Assembly (NCBI GenBank): GCA_020697715.1
Contig: JAEHCO010000002.1
Coordinates: forward strand, 192,001-256,000
DNA: 64,000 bases
Source of the DNA: Methanobacteriota archaeon
Lineage (GTDB): Archaea > Thermoplasmatota > Thermoplasmata > SG8-5 > JAGLSY01
Direction of reading: 5' to 3'
The translations under genes were made by a program, and so were the position numbers. Of this stretch, positions 48,157 through 57,907 are shown in pieces. A model generated the notes under the pieces. That model saw nothing but the letters and a program-made list of their open reading frames with translations, was not told where the DNA came from and ran no database searches. Position 1 is the first letter of the stretch; each line of letters opens with the position of its first letter.

Positions 48157-51100
48157 ATGAAGATAAAAGGTATTTCTATTATTCTTGTTATGATAATGAT
48201 CACTAGCACCATAGTGATAGGTGCGGATGTAGAGGATGATACTCTATATGTGCCCCACGGTGCTATAAGGATCAACAGTGATGGGGAATTCGCAATACAG
48301 GCTGGCATAAATGGATGGCCTGGTGATGGCTCCGAAGGTGCGCCTTATGTCATCTTCGATTACGAGATAACTGGGGTCGGGCCCGGCATCTATATTGGAA
48401 ATACATCTGTGCATTTTATCATTGACAGCAATTATATCCATAGCATAACAGGAACTTCTGGTATGGAGCTGTTCAATGTTGAGAATGGCATCGTTCTCAA
48501 CAACATCATTGATGGGGTCACAGCCCCAAATTCTGCTGTGCCAGGCGGGGATGGAGGCACAGCTTCTGGAATCTTTATCGATGCAGGTATTGGCCTGACC
48601 ATAGCCAATAATTCAATAGCAAACATAACAGGCGGCAATGGAGGTGACGGAAGCCATGGCTCAGGAGGGGCACCTCCTACCGATGGTAGTCCAGGAGGAG
48701 ACGGAGGTGGCTCTTTCGGTATTTATGTTTATGATTCTCCCTTTGGAACCATTGCCAACAATGACATCAGCCTCCTTCTTGCCGGAAACGGTGGCCTTGG
48801 TGGTAATGGAGGAGAAGGAGATTACGAGTCCGGATCTGATGGGGCGTTCGGAGGAGACGGCGGCATGGGAGGAGCTGCCGCCGGTATATTCTTAGCCACT
48901 TCAGAGCAAGAGGTCACAGGAAATCAAATTGCCCAATTGGCTGCAGCCGATGGTGGAAGCGGCGGCGCTGGCGGAACAGGCGCCGGTACTATGTTCGGCA
49001 CACCAGGTAATGGTGGCTTCGGAGGCTATGCAGGAGATGGAGGCTTAGCTGCTGGTATCCTGATATCCAATCAACCTTCAACCTTACAGAACAATTATCT
49101 AGATTTGAACACAATCAGCCAGATAAATGGCGGTGATGGCGGATGGGGTGGACCCGGCGGAGATGGTGGGACAAAAGATTTTGGAACTGGTGGCAATGGC
49201 GGTGATGGCGGCTGGGGCGGCAATGCCGGAGAGGCTGCTGGCTCCTACTGTGAAATTGCAACTGGCATAATTTATGATGATAATGATATTCATGATATAT
49301 TTGCAGGCAGCATTGGTTTTGCTGGTACCGGTGGCTTTGGGGGAGGAATGATCGCCGGACTTGACGGGTCCAATGGCCAGGATGGATGGCCTGCGATTCC
49401 GGCTGGCATCAAGATGGTGTCTGTAGGCAATACCGAGATAACCAGGAATCACATCCATGACATAGTTGGTTATTATGTCCATCTGGATACTGTTGACAAT
49501 TCCTTCATTTATTACAACTCATTCATTAACTGTGCGAATGGCGAATACGAGACTCATTTCAATCCATCAAACAACCAGTGGGACAATGGATATCCAAATG
49601 GAGGAAATTACTGGTTCGACTATGGTGGCGTGGACTTTTTCGAGGGTGTTAACCAAGATATACTTGGAGAGGATGGCTTTGGTGATACACCGAGAGCCAT
49701 CAATGAAGATTTCGCGGTGGCCCAGGACAGATATCCATTGATATGGGACCCTGCCGGTACAGCGAACATCGATGTGCTGGAAACGGTTCCAGCCGATGAG
49801 GAAGTTGGTGTTGTGGAGGACACGATGATCCAGGTCACATTCGACCCTAGGATTAATTCCATCCCCACTTTGACCCAAACATCAGGAACTCCTGTGACCT
49901 ACACATTCGCCGGATTAATAACGGTGTATCAGACAGATGACACTGCCACATGGACACATCCAGATTGGGTCAGTGGAGAGGATATCACCCTTGAGGTCAA
50001 CAATATCAGGAGTTATCCAGTTGCCGAATATGCCCTCCCATACTCATGGTCATTCACAGTTGGTGATACAAAGGCACCAACTGTTCTCTCGACAACACCA
50101 GCAGATGGATCAACAGGGGCCGGACTCACAGATAGTGTGGTCGCTGTCTTCAATGAGACACTGAACACATTGGTAACACCTGCATTGGCTCAGCTGGTAG
50201 GTGATGATCCAGGCTACACATTCACTGGCTTCAGCACCACGAATGTGCCTGATGACACGTTGACATGGACGCATCCAGCATGGACAGATGAGGATGCGGT
50301 AACACTTGAAATATCATTAACAGAAGACATGGCGGGCAATGCCATGACACCATATTCCTGGTCATTCGATACTGAGGATATCACCGACCCTAATGTGCTT
50401 TCGACCATTCCTGTTATAGCAGCAACATCAGTGCCCAAGGGCCAGAATGTGGTCGTAGTTTTCACAGAGACCATGGACACAGGAGCAATACCCTTCATAA
50501 CAATGGATGCTGGAACAAACCCCGGAGGCTGGACCTTCCTCGGATGGAGCACGACCAATGTGGCCGATGATACAGCCACATGGAGTCACAATGACTGGCT
50601 TGATGGAGAGATGATCAGCATGCGCGTTCAGAGCTATCGCGACCTAGAGATGAACTGGGGGCCGCCCGTGAACTGGGCCTTCTGGATAGAAGATACTGTC
50701 TCACCAGATGTGGACAATACCAGTCCTGCTGATGGAGCTACTGATGTCTTTGAGACCTTCAATAATGTGAACATTTACTTCAGTGAATCCATGAATGGTA
50801 GCATAACCCCGACCCTGACCCAGATCACTGGCGATGTAGTGGGCTACACCTTCCTAGGATGGTTCACGACCTATGTGGAAAATGACACGGCCGCTTGGAA
50901 TCATGCAGCACAGTGGAGCTCCAATGACCTTATTACATTGAATGTGACCGGGCAGAAGGATCTGGCCGGGAACACTGGCGCCCCCTACGAGTGGTCATTC
51001 ACGATACGCGATTACGATGACCCGTACATTCTTGAGACCACACCGCCGGACGGCGCAACAGGTGTGGCACTGGACACCACCATAGTGGTCGTGTTCTCAG

Positions 51101-54100
51101 AGCCAATGCTGTACGAAGGGAACCTTGTGGTCACCACTGGCTTTGAAGGAGAGGTCTACACCTTCCAGGGATTGACACAGACCTATGTCGAGAACGATAC
51201 CGCGACATGGACGCACACTGGCTGGAATGAAGGCCGGTTCAAACAGATCACACTTCAGAACTTCCAGGATATGAACAGCCATATCGTGACAGAATCATTC
51301 TCCTTCACGACCGTGGATCCAACTCCGCCCACGGTCGAATGGATCCAGCCGCAGGACGGCCAGTTCTTCATACCCTATGATAGGACCGTGATAGTTCGCT
51401 TCAATGAATCAATGAACACATCACAAATTCCAACACTCACACAAACACAAGGTGATGTTGTCGCCTATACCTTTGCAGGCTGGAGCACAACAGATGTTGC
51501 GGACGACACCGCATCATGGACACATCCGAACTGGAGCGATGGAGACCAAATAACTCTGAATATCTCTGATTACAAGGATCTTTCCGATAATACTGGAGAT
51601 CCTTATGACTGGACATTTACAATTACTGACACAATAGACCCCTGGATCACATCCACATCACCTGCAGATGGAGATATGATGGTGCCGACTGGAACCACAC
51701 CTATTGTGATCGATTTCTCAGAGGATATGAACACTGCCCTGACACCAGTCATAAACTACCTGCAGTATGATTTCACCAACCCTGCCATCACCTTCTCGCA
51801 TTGGCAGACCGACAGCTCGGTCGTCTTCGATGTTGCGGCGCCTTTCACTGAGCAGGACCATATCTGGCTTGAGGTGTCTGGCGGAATGGAGGACCTTTAT
51901 GGAAAGGCTGTTCCCTCTTATAACTGGCAGTTCCACATAGAGGATTACACCAACCCAGGAATTAGCCACACCATGCCCTTCGACGGCGATTTCGGAATTC
52001 TTCCGGATACCATGTTGGAGGTATATTTCACAGAAAGATTGAACCATTCTGTTGAGCCAACTCTCACACAGACCCTTGATGATCCAGGAGGCTGGGCATT
52101 CGGCGGATTCGGCACATGGGAGACTGGTGAGCAAACCTGCAGCATGGCCTACTGGACCCACAATAACTGGACAAGCGAGGAGGTAGAGCTTACGGTTTCC
52201 GGATACCAGGACTTCTCTGACAACTCAGGAGCCCCGTACAATTGGACATTCAGCATCTTTACCGAGCCTATTGGTATGCCCCACCCTCCAATAAGGATCA
52301 ACAGCAATGCGGATATGGACATGATGGCCACAGCCGAGGGCTGGGACGGAGATGGTAGTGCTGGCTGGCCTTATATTATCGAGAACTATGATATAGCTGG
52401 CGACAGCTGGCCTTATGAAGGCTGGTGTATCTACATCGGCAATACGACCTATCATTTCGAAATTGTGAACAATCTGCTTCATTATGTCTGGACCCCCACC
52501 CCTGTAGAGCCCTGGGTTCCTAACTCGGCCATCGTCCTGTATAATGTTATCAATGGAGTGATCGGTGAGAACCAAATAGAGGATGTGTACTCTGATTACG
52601 GCATATATCTGGATACTGTCCAAGACACGGCCATCTACGGTAATTTCATAAACAAGACATTCAACAATGGCATCTTCATGACCAACTGCAACTTCCTGTA
52701 TATAGAGAACAATACGATAGAGGGCGACCCTGAGAACATCATGGGCACCGGCATCTATGCATTGGATTCTCCATTCAATCAGATGGTGGACAATAAGATC
52801 TACTATATGTCCAATGGTATCTTGCTGGAGAATTCCGGTGATGGAGAACTGCACTGGAACGAGATATTCATGTGTGAGTGGGGTATCACTCTGGACCCCA
52901 GCAGCGACACGGATTCTGACAATATATTGATAGAGAACAATACCATGCTTGGTTGTGGTCTCTTTGTGTGGGGCTGGGAAATTAGACATTGGGACAGCCA
53001 TACCGTTGTGAACAATATGGTGAATGGCGGAGAACTGGTCTACCTAATGGGTGAGTTCATGTACGACCTGCCTCCAGAAACAAGGGCAGGGCAGATATTC
53101 ATTGTAGATTCGCAGTTCATAAACATAGATTATCAAGTCTTCCAGCAGGCCACTGTGGGAATTCAGGCATTTAGTTCATCTGATATTACAATTAATAACT
53201 GTACATTCGTAGATAATATGTGGGGCATATTCTTGGGAGCGACACAGGTACTGGCATATCACAATACTTTCATTGGAAATGACGTTCATGTCAATGACGA
53301 CTGGGGTGCTAGTGATTGGGATAATGGCTATCCGATAAGTGGGAACTTCTGGGATGATTATATCGGCGTGGACAACTTTTGGGGACCAGACCAGAACATA
53401 CCTGGCTTCAGTGATGGTGTTGGAGATACTCAGTATGACTTCTTTGATGGAGCTGGTGGTACCGACAATTATCCTCTGATGGATCCACTCAACTACACTA
53501 CCTTTGATATTCCTATGGACGAGGGATGGAATTTCATCTCACTTCCTCTATTGCCTGCAGACTTCCTTTACTACACCAACACAACAATAGACAATGTATT
53601 GGAATCTCTAAATTACAATTGGGATATGATAATGGTCTATGATCCAATGAGTCCTGGCAGCCCATGGAGAACATTCAATAGCGACATACCAGATCAATTG
53701 AACGACCTGTGGAACCTGACCCATATCCAGGGCATCTGGATAAATGTGACACAGACTGGCCAGACCCTGTCGATATCAGGATATATGTCAGCTTACATAG
53801 ATATAGATCTATATGCAGGCTGGAATCTTATTGGATATCCCGCGATAGATGATACTACCTACTCTATCGGTGATATGAAGCTTGATACTGGTGCGACCAT
53901 TGTGGAAGGCTTCAATGCCTCAGCACCCTATGATATCAGTGTGCTGGCTGATGCTTATATCATGAAGAAGGGTGAGGCCTACTGGGTCTATGTTCCTGCT
54001 GATACGACATGGACCGTGAACATATTGGGCCATGTGACACCTCCAGATGACCTTCTGAGTGAAAGAACTGAATATATTCGGGATCATCCAGATCAAATAT

Positions 54101-54258
54101 CAGACACTATGGGAAATGAGGATGGCATTCCTTTGGATGTAGGTAATGACTTGATATTAGTTACAAAGGCAATTACCATACCAGTTGCTCTGCTATCACT
54201 TATTGTGTTCATGTTTGTTCTTCTTACGAGAAGAAGAACAACTGGCCGTAAGCAATGA
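48157..54258 (+). CDS. large surface protein with two NosD-like beta-helix domains, Gly-rich segment and tandem Ig-like repeats
   Basis: PH..IRINS...GW.GDGS...PY.I and WDNGYP..GN.W.DY each occur twice. GG.GG.GG runs, eight P.V..T.P.DG / F.E.MN / Y.W.F units, GWN.ISLP module and C-terminal TM. Confidence 0.8.
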   Translation: MKIKGISIILVMIMITSTIVIGADVEDDTLYVPHGAIRINSDGEFAIQAGINGWPGDGSEGAPYVIFDYEITGVGPGIYIGNTSVHFIIDSNYIHSITGTSGMELFNVENGIVLNNIIDGVTAPNSAVPGGDGGTASGIFIDAGIGLTIANNSIANITGGNGGDGSHGSGGAPPTDGSPGGDGGGSFGIYVYDSPFGTIANNDISLLLAGNGGLGGNGGEGDYESGSDGAFGGDGGMGGAAAGIFLATSEQEVTGNQIAQLAAADGGSGGAGGTGAGTMFGTPGNGGFGGYAGDGGLAAGILISNQPSTLQNNYLDLNTISQINGGDGGWGGPGGDGGTKDFGTGGNGGDGGWGGNAGEAAGSYCEIATGIIYDDNDIHDIFAGSIGFAGTGGFGGGMIAGLDGSNGQDGWPAIPAGIKMVSVGNTEITRNHIHDIVGYYVHLDTVDNSFIYYNSFINCANGEYETHFNPSNNQWDNGYPNGGNYWFDYGGVDFFEGVNQDILGEDGFGDTPRAINEDFAVAQDRYPLIWDPAGTANIDVLETVPADEEVGVVEDTMIQVTFDPRINSIPTLTQTSGTPVTYTFAGLITVYQTDDTATWTHPDWVSGEDITLEVNNIRSYPVAEYALPYSWSFTVGDTKAPTVLSTTPADGSTGAGLTDSVVAVFNETLNTLVTPALAQLVGDDPGYTFTGFSTTNVPDDTLTWTHPAWTDEDAVTLEISLTEDMAGNAMTPYSWSFDTEDITDPNVLSTIPVIAATSVPKGQNVVVVFTETMDTGAIPFITMDAGTNPGGWTFLGWSTTNVADDTATWSHNDWLDGEMISMRVQSYRDLEMNWGPPVNWAFWIEDTVSPDVDNTSPADGATDVFETFNNVNIYFSESMNGSITPTLTQITGDVVGYTFLGWFTTYVENDTAAWNHAAQWSSNDLITLNVTGQKDLAGNTGAPYEWSFTIRDYDDPYILETTPPDGATGVALDTTIVVVFSEPMLYEGNLVVTTGFEGEVYTFQGLTQTYVENDTATWTHTGWNEGRFKQITLQNFQDMNSHIVTESFSFTTVDPTPPTVEWIQPQDGQFFIPYDRTVIVRFNESMNTSQIPTLTQTQGDVVAYTFAGWSTTDVADDTASWTHPNWSDGDQITLNISDYKDLSDNTGDPYDWTFTITDTIDPWITSTSPADGDMMVPTGTTPIVIDFSEDMNTALTPVINYLQYDFTNPAITFSHWQTDSSVVFDVAAPFTEQDHIWLEVSGGMEDLYGKAVPSYNWQFHIEDYTNPGISHTMPFDGDFGILPDTMLEVYFTERLNHSVEPTLTQTLDDPGGWAFGGFGTWETGEQTCSMAYWTHNNWTSEEVELTVSGYQDFSDNSGAPYNWTFSIFTEPIGMPHPPIRINSNADMDMMATAEGWDGDGSAGWPYIIENYDIAGDSWPYEGWCIYIGNTTYHFEIVNNLLHYVWTPTPVEPWVPNSAIVLYNVINGVIGENQIEDVYSDYGIYLDTVQDTAIYGNFINKTFNNGIFMTNCNFLYIENNTIEGDPENIMGTGIYALDSPFNQMVDNKIYYMSNGILLENSGDGELHWNEIFMCEWGITLDPSSDTDSDNILIENNTMLGCGLFVWGWEIRHWDSHTVVNNMVNGGELVYLMGEFMYDLPPETRAGQIFIVDSQFINIDYQVFQQATVGIQAFSSSDITINNCTFVDNMWGIFLGATQVLAYHNTFIGNDVHVNDDWGASDWDNGYPISGNFWDDYIGVDNFWGPDQNIPGFSDGVGDTQYDFFDGAGGTDNYPLMDPLNYTTFDIPMDEGWNFISLPLLPADFLYYTNTTIDNVLESLNYNWDMIMVYDPMSPGSPWRTFNSDIPDQLNDLWNLTHIQGIWINVTQTGQTLSISGYMSAYIDIDLYAGWNLIGYPAIDDTTYSIGDMKLDTGATIVEGFNASAPYDISVLADAYIMKKGEAYWVYVPADTTWTVNILGHVTPPDDLLSERTEYIRDHPDQISDTMGNEDGIPLDVGNDLILVTKAITIPVALLSLIVFMFVLLTRRRTTGRKQ

Positions 54259-54442
54259 TCTGCCAGATGTCTGATATATAGCTCAAGTAAAGCACTGTGT
54301 CCAGCAATGTCCAATCAAGTCACATCTCAAGGCTCAGCAATGCACGTACCAAAATTATTTTAATGACCCTGGATTTTACCCTGAAAGAGCATTGTTTTAG
54401 AGTTTCCAGCTCCAAAAACCAGGAAACTATGGAGGTATATGC

Positions 54443-55141
54443 ATGGTTTCGGAAAAAGGAATTGAACATATTCAGGATGAGGAATACGCGACAGTTGATA
54501 ACATCCAGGCCAAGTCCGAAGAGTGGATGATCGAACTGGAAAGATATTGCAGGGCGAAGAAGAGATTCGCCCTGGATCCAGCCACCTCGGTCCTTCTAGT
54601 GATAGATTGCCAGTCCTTCTTTATGGATGAGAAAAGTCATGCCTTTGTTCCGACCTCTAAGGCAATTTTGCCTAATATCTCTCAACTCATCAGGACAGCC
54701 AGGCAGAACAACATACCGGTGATATACACCCGGCATGCTCTCGCGGATGATGACCATGCTGGCATAATGAGCCGCTGGTGGGGGGACGTGCTCAGGGACA
54801 CAGATCCGATGAGTCAGATACATCCCGACCTTAGGCCTTCCGATATCGAGATAGTTATCAGGAAGACAAGATACAGTGCCTTCAAAGTAACGGCGCTGGC
54901 ATCCGTGCTGGCCGGCATGGGTCTGGAGTCGATGATCGTTGCTGGTGTTCAGACCCATCTCTGTGTGGAGAGCACTGCCAGAGATGCCTTCATGCACAAT
55001 CTGGAAGTGTATGCGGTCATTGATGCGACCGCATCCGACACAGAGGAACTGCACTTGTCAGCTCTTCGAACAATGGCAGATGGCTTCGCTGTGCCAGTGA
55101 CAACGTCCGAGATCATAGGGAAGTTGGAGGGCGATGAATGA
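54443..55141 (+). CDS. isochorismatase-family cysteine hydrolase
   Basis: Asp-Lys-Cys triad in LLVIDCQ, RKTRYSAF and THLCVESTARDAF. Confidence 0.9.
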   Translation: MVSEKGIEHIQDEEYATVDNIQAKSEEWMIELERYCRAKKRFALDPATSVLLVIDCQSFFMDEKSHAFVPTSKAILPNISQLIRTARQNNIPVIYTRHALADDDHAGIMSRWWGDVLRDTDPMSQIHPDLRPSDIEIVIRKTRYSAFKVTALASVLAGMGLESMIVAGVQTHLCVESTARDAFMHNLEVYAVIDATASDTEELHLSALRTMADGFAVPVTTSEIIGKLEGDE

Positions 55142-56028
55142 GCTCGGATGATAACGTATTAGACGCCATCATAGTTGGTGCTGGCCCGGCAGGAATATCT
55201 GCCGCGGTATATCTAAAACGCGCTGGTATTAACTTCAAGATATTCGAAAGAAAGCGAACAGGTGGACTTCTTCACAATGCCCACCTTGTCGAGAACTATC
55301 CAGGCTTTGATGGTCTGCCAGGCAAGAGATTGGTGGAAGAGATGGAAGGCCAGCTTGCCAAATGGGACATCCTGGTGGAACTGGCGGAGGTGACCAGCAT
55401 CGCATCCAGTGATCCTGGTTTTCGAATTAGTTTGCTGGATCCCGAACCTAAGGAGATGGAAGCTCGCACGGTCATTATTGCCACTGGCACAAGACCTATC
55501 AAATTAGACCTCGATGGCTCAGATATCATCGAGGGGAAGCATCTCTTCTATGAAATTACCGATATGCCTGATAATATTTCCAGAAAGGAAGTGGTGATCA
55601 TTGGAGGCGGTGACGCGGCCTTCGACTATGCTTTAAATATCTCGAAGAGGGGAGCCAGTGCTCGGATCGCGATGAGATCCGACAGGACTAGATGCCTGCC
55701 CTTGCTCTATGAAAGGGCAGAGAATGATCCACATATTCAGATATATCCAGATTGCAGCCCGGCCTCCTTCGAGATCCAAGGAGACCGTTTGGTGCTCGGA
55801 TGCCCTCACATGCAGATAAAAGCTGATATCATGCTGGTCGCCATTGGAAGGCGGCCATCGGATGAGCTTATCGTGCCCTTGCAGCGCGATACGGGCGCGA
55901 ACACACTCCCAGGTCTCTACATGGCAGGGGATGTACAACAGGGCAGTTATCGCCAAATGGGCATAGCTGTCGGGGATGGTATCAAGTCCGCGATGGGCGT
56001 CATTGAATTTCTGGAGGAAATTCAATGA
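55138..56028 (+). CDS. thioredoxin-reductase-like FAD/NAD(P) oxidoreductase lacking CxxC
   Basis: GAGPAG, ENYPG, IATG, GGGDAA and AGDV. LFYEITD stands where CxxC normally is. ATGA overlap with the upstream gene. Confidence 0.85.
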   Translation: MSSDDNVLDAIIVGAGPAGISAAVYLKRAGINFKIFERKRTGGLLHNAHLVENYPGFDGLPGKRLVEEMEGQLAKWDILVELAEVTSIASSDPGFRISLLDPEPKEMEARTVIIATGTRPIKLDLDGSDIIEGKHLFYEITDMPDNISRKEVVIIGGGDAAFDYALNISKRGASARIAMRSDRTRCLPLLYERAENDPHIQIYPDCSPASFEIQGDRLVLGCPHMQIKADIMLVAIGRRPSDELIVPLQRDTGANTLPGLYMAGDVQQGSYRQMGIAVGDGIKSAMGVIEFLEEIQ

Positions 56029-56954
56029 AAATAATATCCGAGCACGGCAATGAGGAACTGGCCAAGGTGTATATTGCGAGATTCCGCGAGGACGAGGATA
56101 CCACGGGTTCAAATGTGAAGGACCCGTATCTTGTTGAATTCGCAGAGTCCATCCAGCCACCAGTTCCAAGGGAGGAGAAATGGGTGATAATAATTTCTTC
56201 GCTTTTCGGATGCCCTGTCAGATGCAGGATGTGCGACGCAGGTGGCAATTACAGCGGTAAACTGGAGGCGGAGGAAATGCTAGCCCAAATGGATTATCTC
56301 ATCAAAACACGATTTCCGGATGGTAAGGTTCCAGTTCCGAAGTTCAAAGTTCAATTTGCCCGAATGGGCGAGCCAGCACTGAATAATAATGTGCTCCAAA
56401 CCCTCAGAATGATGCCGGAGCGTTTGGAAGCTCCGGGACTTTTGCCATGTGTTTCCAGTGTGGCGCCTGCGGGTGCCTGGCCTTTCTTCGAAGAACTTCT
56501 CGAGATCAAGGACGAGCTTTATCCTGACGGAAAATTCCAACTACAATTCTCCATCCACACGACCGATGACGAGAAACGCGACGAGCTAATGCCGATAAAC
56601 AAGATGACCCTGGAACAGATATCGGACTTCGGGCAAAGGTTCTGCAAAGAGGGGGATCGCAAAGTGACACTTAACTTCGCGATGGCCAGAGGCTATCCCG
56701 TCAACCCGATGAAGTTGGCGGATATATTCCCGACAGACAAGTTCCTGATCAAGCTGACGCCCATCAACCCGACGAACAATTCCAAGGCCAATCAACTGAA
56801 AAGTCTGATAGATGAAGAATATCATTCTCAACAAGAAGATCTAAAGAAATTGATCGCAGACCTCGAATCATTGGGCTTCGAGGTTGTGCTGAGCATCGGA
56901 GAGGTCGAAGAAAATCAGATCAAAAGTAATTGTGGGATGTACATTTCGCATTGA
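56025..56954 (+). CDS. RlmN/Cfr-like radical SAM protein
   Basis: SSLFGCPVRCRMC, RMGEP, LQFSIH...R..LMP and C-terminal SNCG. ATGA overlap with the upstream gene. Confidence 0.85.
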   Translation: MKIISEHGNEELAKVYIARFREDEDTTGSNVKDPYLVEFAESIQPPVPREEKWVIIISSLFGCPVRCRMCDAGGNYSGKLEAEEMLAQMDYLIKTRFPDGKVPVPKFKVQFARMGEPALNNNVLQTLRMMPERLEAPGLLPCVSSVAPAGAWPFFEELLEIKDELYPDGKFQLQFSIHTTDDEKRDELMPINKMTLEQISDFGQRFCKEGDRKVTLNFAMARGYPVNPMKLADIFPTDKFLIKLTPINPTNNSKANQLKSLIDEEYHSQQEDLKKLIADLESLGFEVVLSIGEVEENQIKSNCGMYISH

Positions 56955-57018
56955 GTTGATAAGATCATATTTTGTATGGCTCATTAAAGAAAGTGTTCGG
57001 GTCGTGGGTAAATTATAA

Positions 57019-57801
57019 TTACAATTTGATGTCCCATTTCTTCCCACTGGCCTTGGCCTTCGCATCATTCTCCTTTATCTCATGCTGTATCTCTTCAGGC
57101 AATGACTTGGGAATGATGTTCGTATATACTTCGTAGTAAATTATCAATGTGATCGGAGTTGCCAGAAGTAGCGAATACCAAATAACATCATAATAGAACC
57201 AAGGGAACATCATCGCATTGAAGATCATATGCGGGGCCAGACCCCACAGGATACCTCTCATCCCCTCATTCTTGGCTGTGCTGACACCGAGCACCGCTCC
57301 CACCGATGCGTGTATCAATGCTGTATTTAGTGATAGTAATGCTAAAGAAGAAAGGATGGCCGCGCTTCCGGCTCCACCCTCAACAGTTAGCTGGATATAA
57401 CTGAAGCCAACTATCCAGGTTGCGGATATCCCCGCGCCCAATGACACACCATAGAATTGAGAATCTATCCTTCCCTGTATGCTGGGGAAGTTCAATATCA
57501 CAAACTTAGAAAGCGTGTGGACAAGTCCCAGTGCTACTACATAGAATATAAAGAACAAGGTCGGGCTAAAACCGATATCACCATTATCGCCAACTACCTT
57601 GAAGAGCGGGTAAACCAGCCTTTCCATCATGAGAAGGATGGTTCCAGCCACCATTCCCAGGGCAAGAAGGAAAAACACCCTGCGGTCATCAAAGCAGGTT
57701 CCTTTCACATAGGGGTGGTCGTACTTCCTGAGACTGAACCATACCACGCCAAGGGCCGGAGCGAATCCTATAATTGATACCAGAAACAATAGGCTGTCCA
57801 T
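57019..57801 (-). CDS. PrsW-like multi-pass membrane protein (degenerate)
   Basis: About 7 TM helices, YG..LGAG, LIHAS and PHMIFN. HTLSK stands where EExxK is expected. Confidence 0.55.
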   Translation of the reverse strand: MDSLLFLVSIIGFAPALGVVWFSLRKYDHPYVKGTCFDDRRVFFLLALGMVAGTILLMMERLVYPLFKVVGDNGDIGFSPTLFFIFYVVALGLVHTLSKFVILNFPSIQGRIDSQFYGVSLGAGISATWIVGFSYIQLTVEGGAGSAAILSSLALLSLNTALIHASVGAVLGVSTAKNEGMRGILWGLAPHMIFNAMMFPWFYYDVIWYSLLLATPITLIIYYEVYTNIIPKSLPEEIQHEIKENDAKAKASGKKWDIKL

Positions 57802-57907
57802 CTGATCGGTTGTAGAATTGGTGGTATAAAAAGATATGTTCATTATGATATAGTCTAGCTTATAGCCTATACATGGGAATTTTCAGATCATTTAGGGACA
57901 GATAGTT

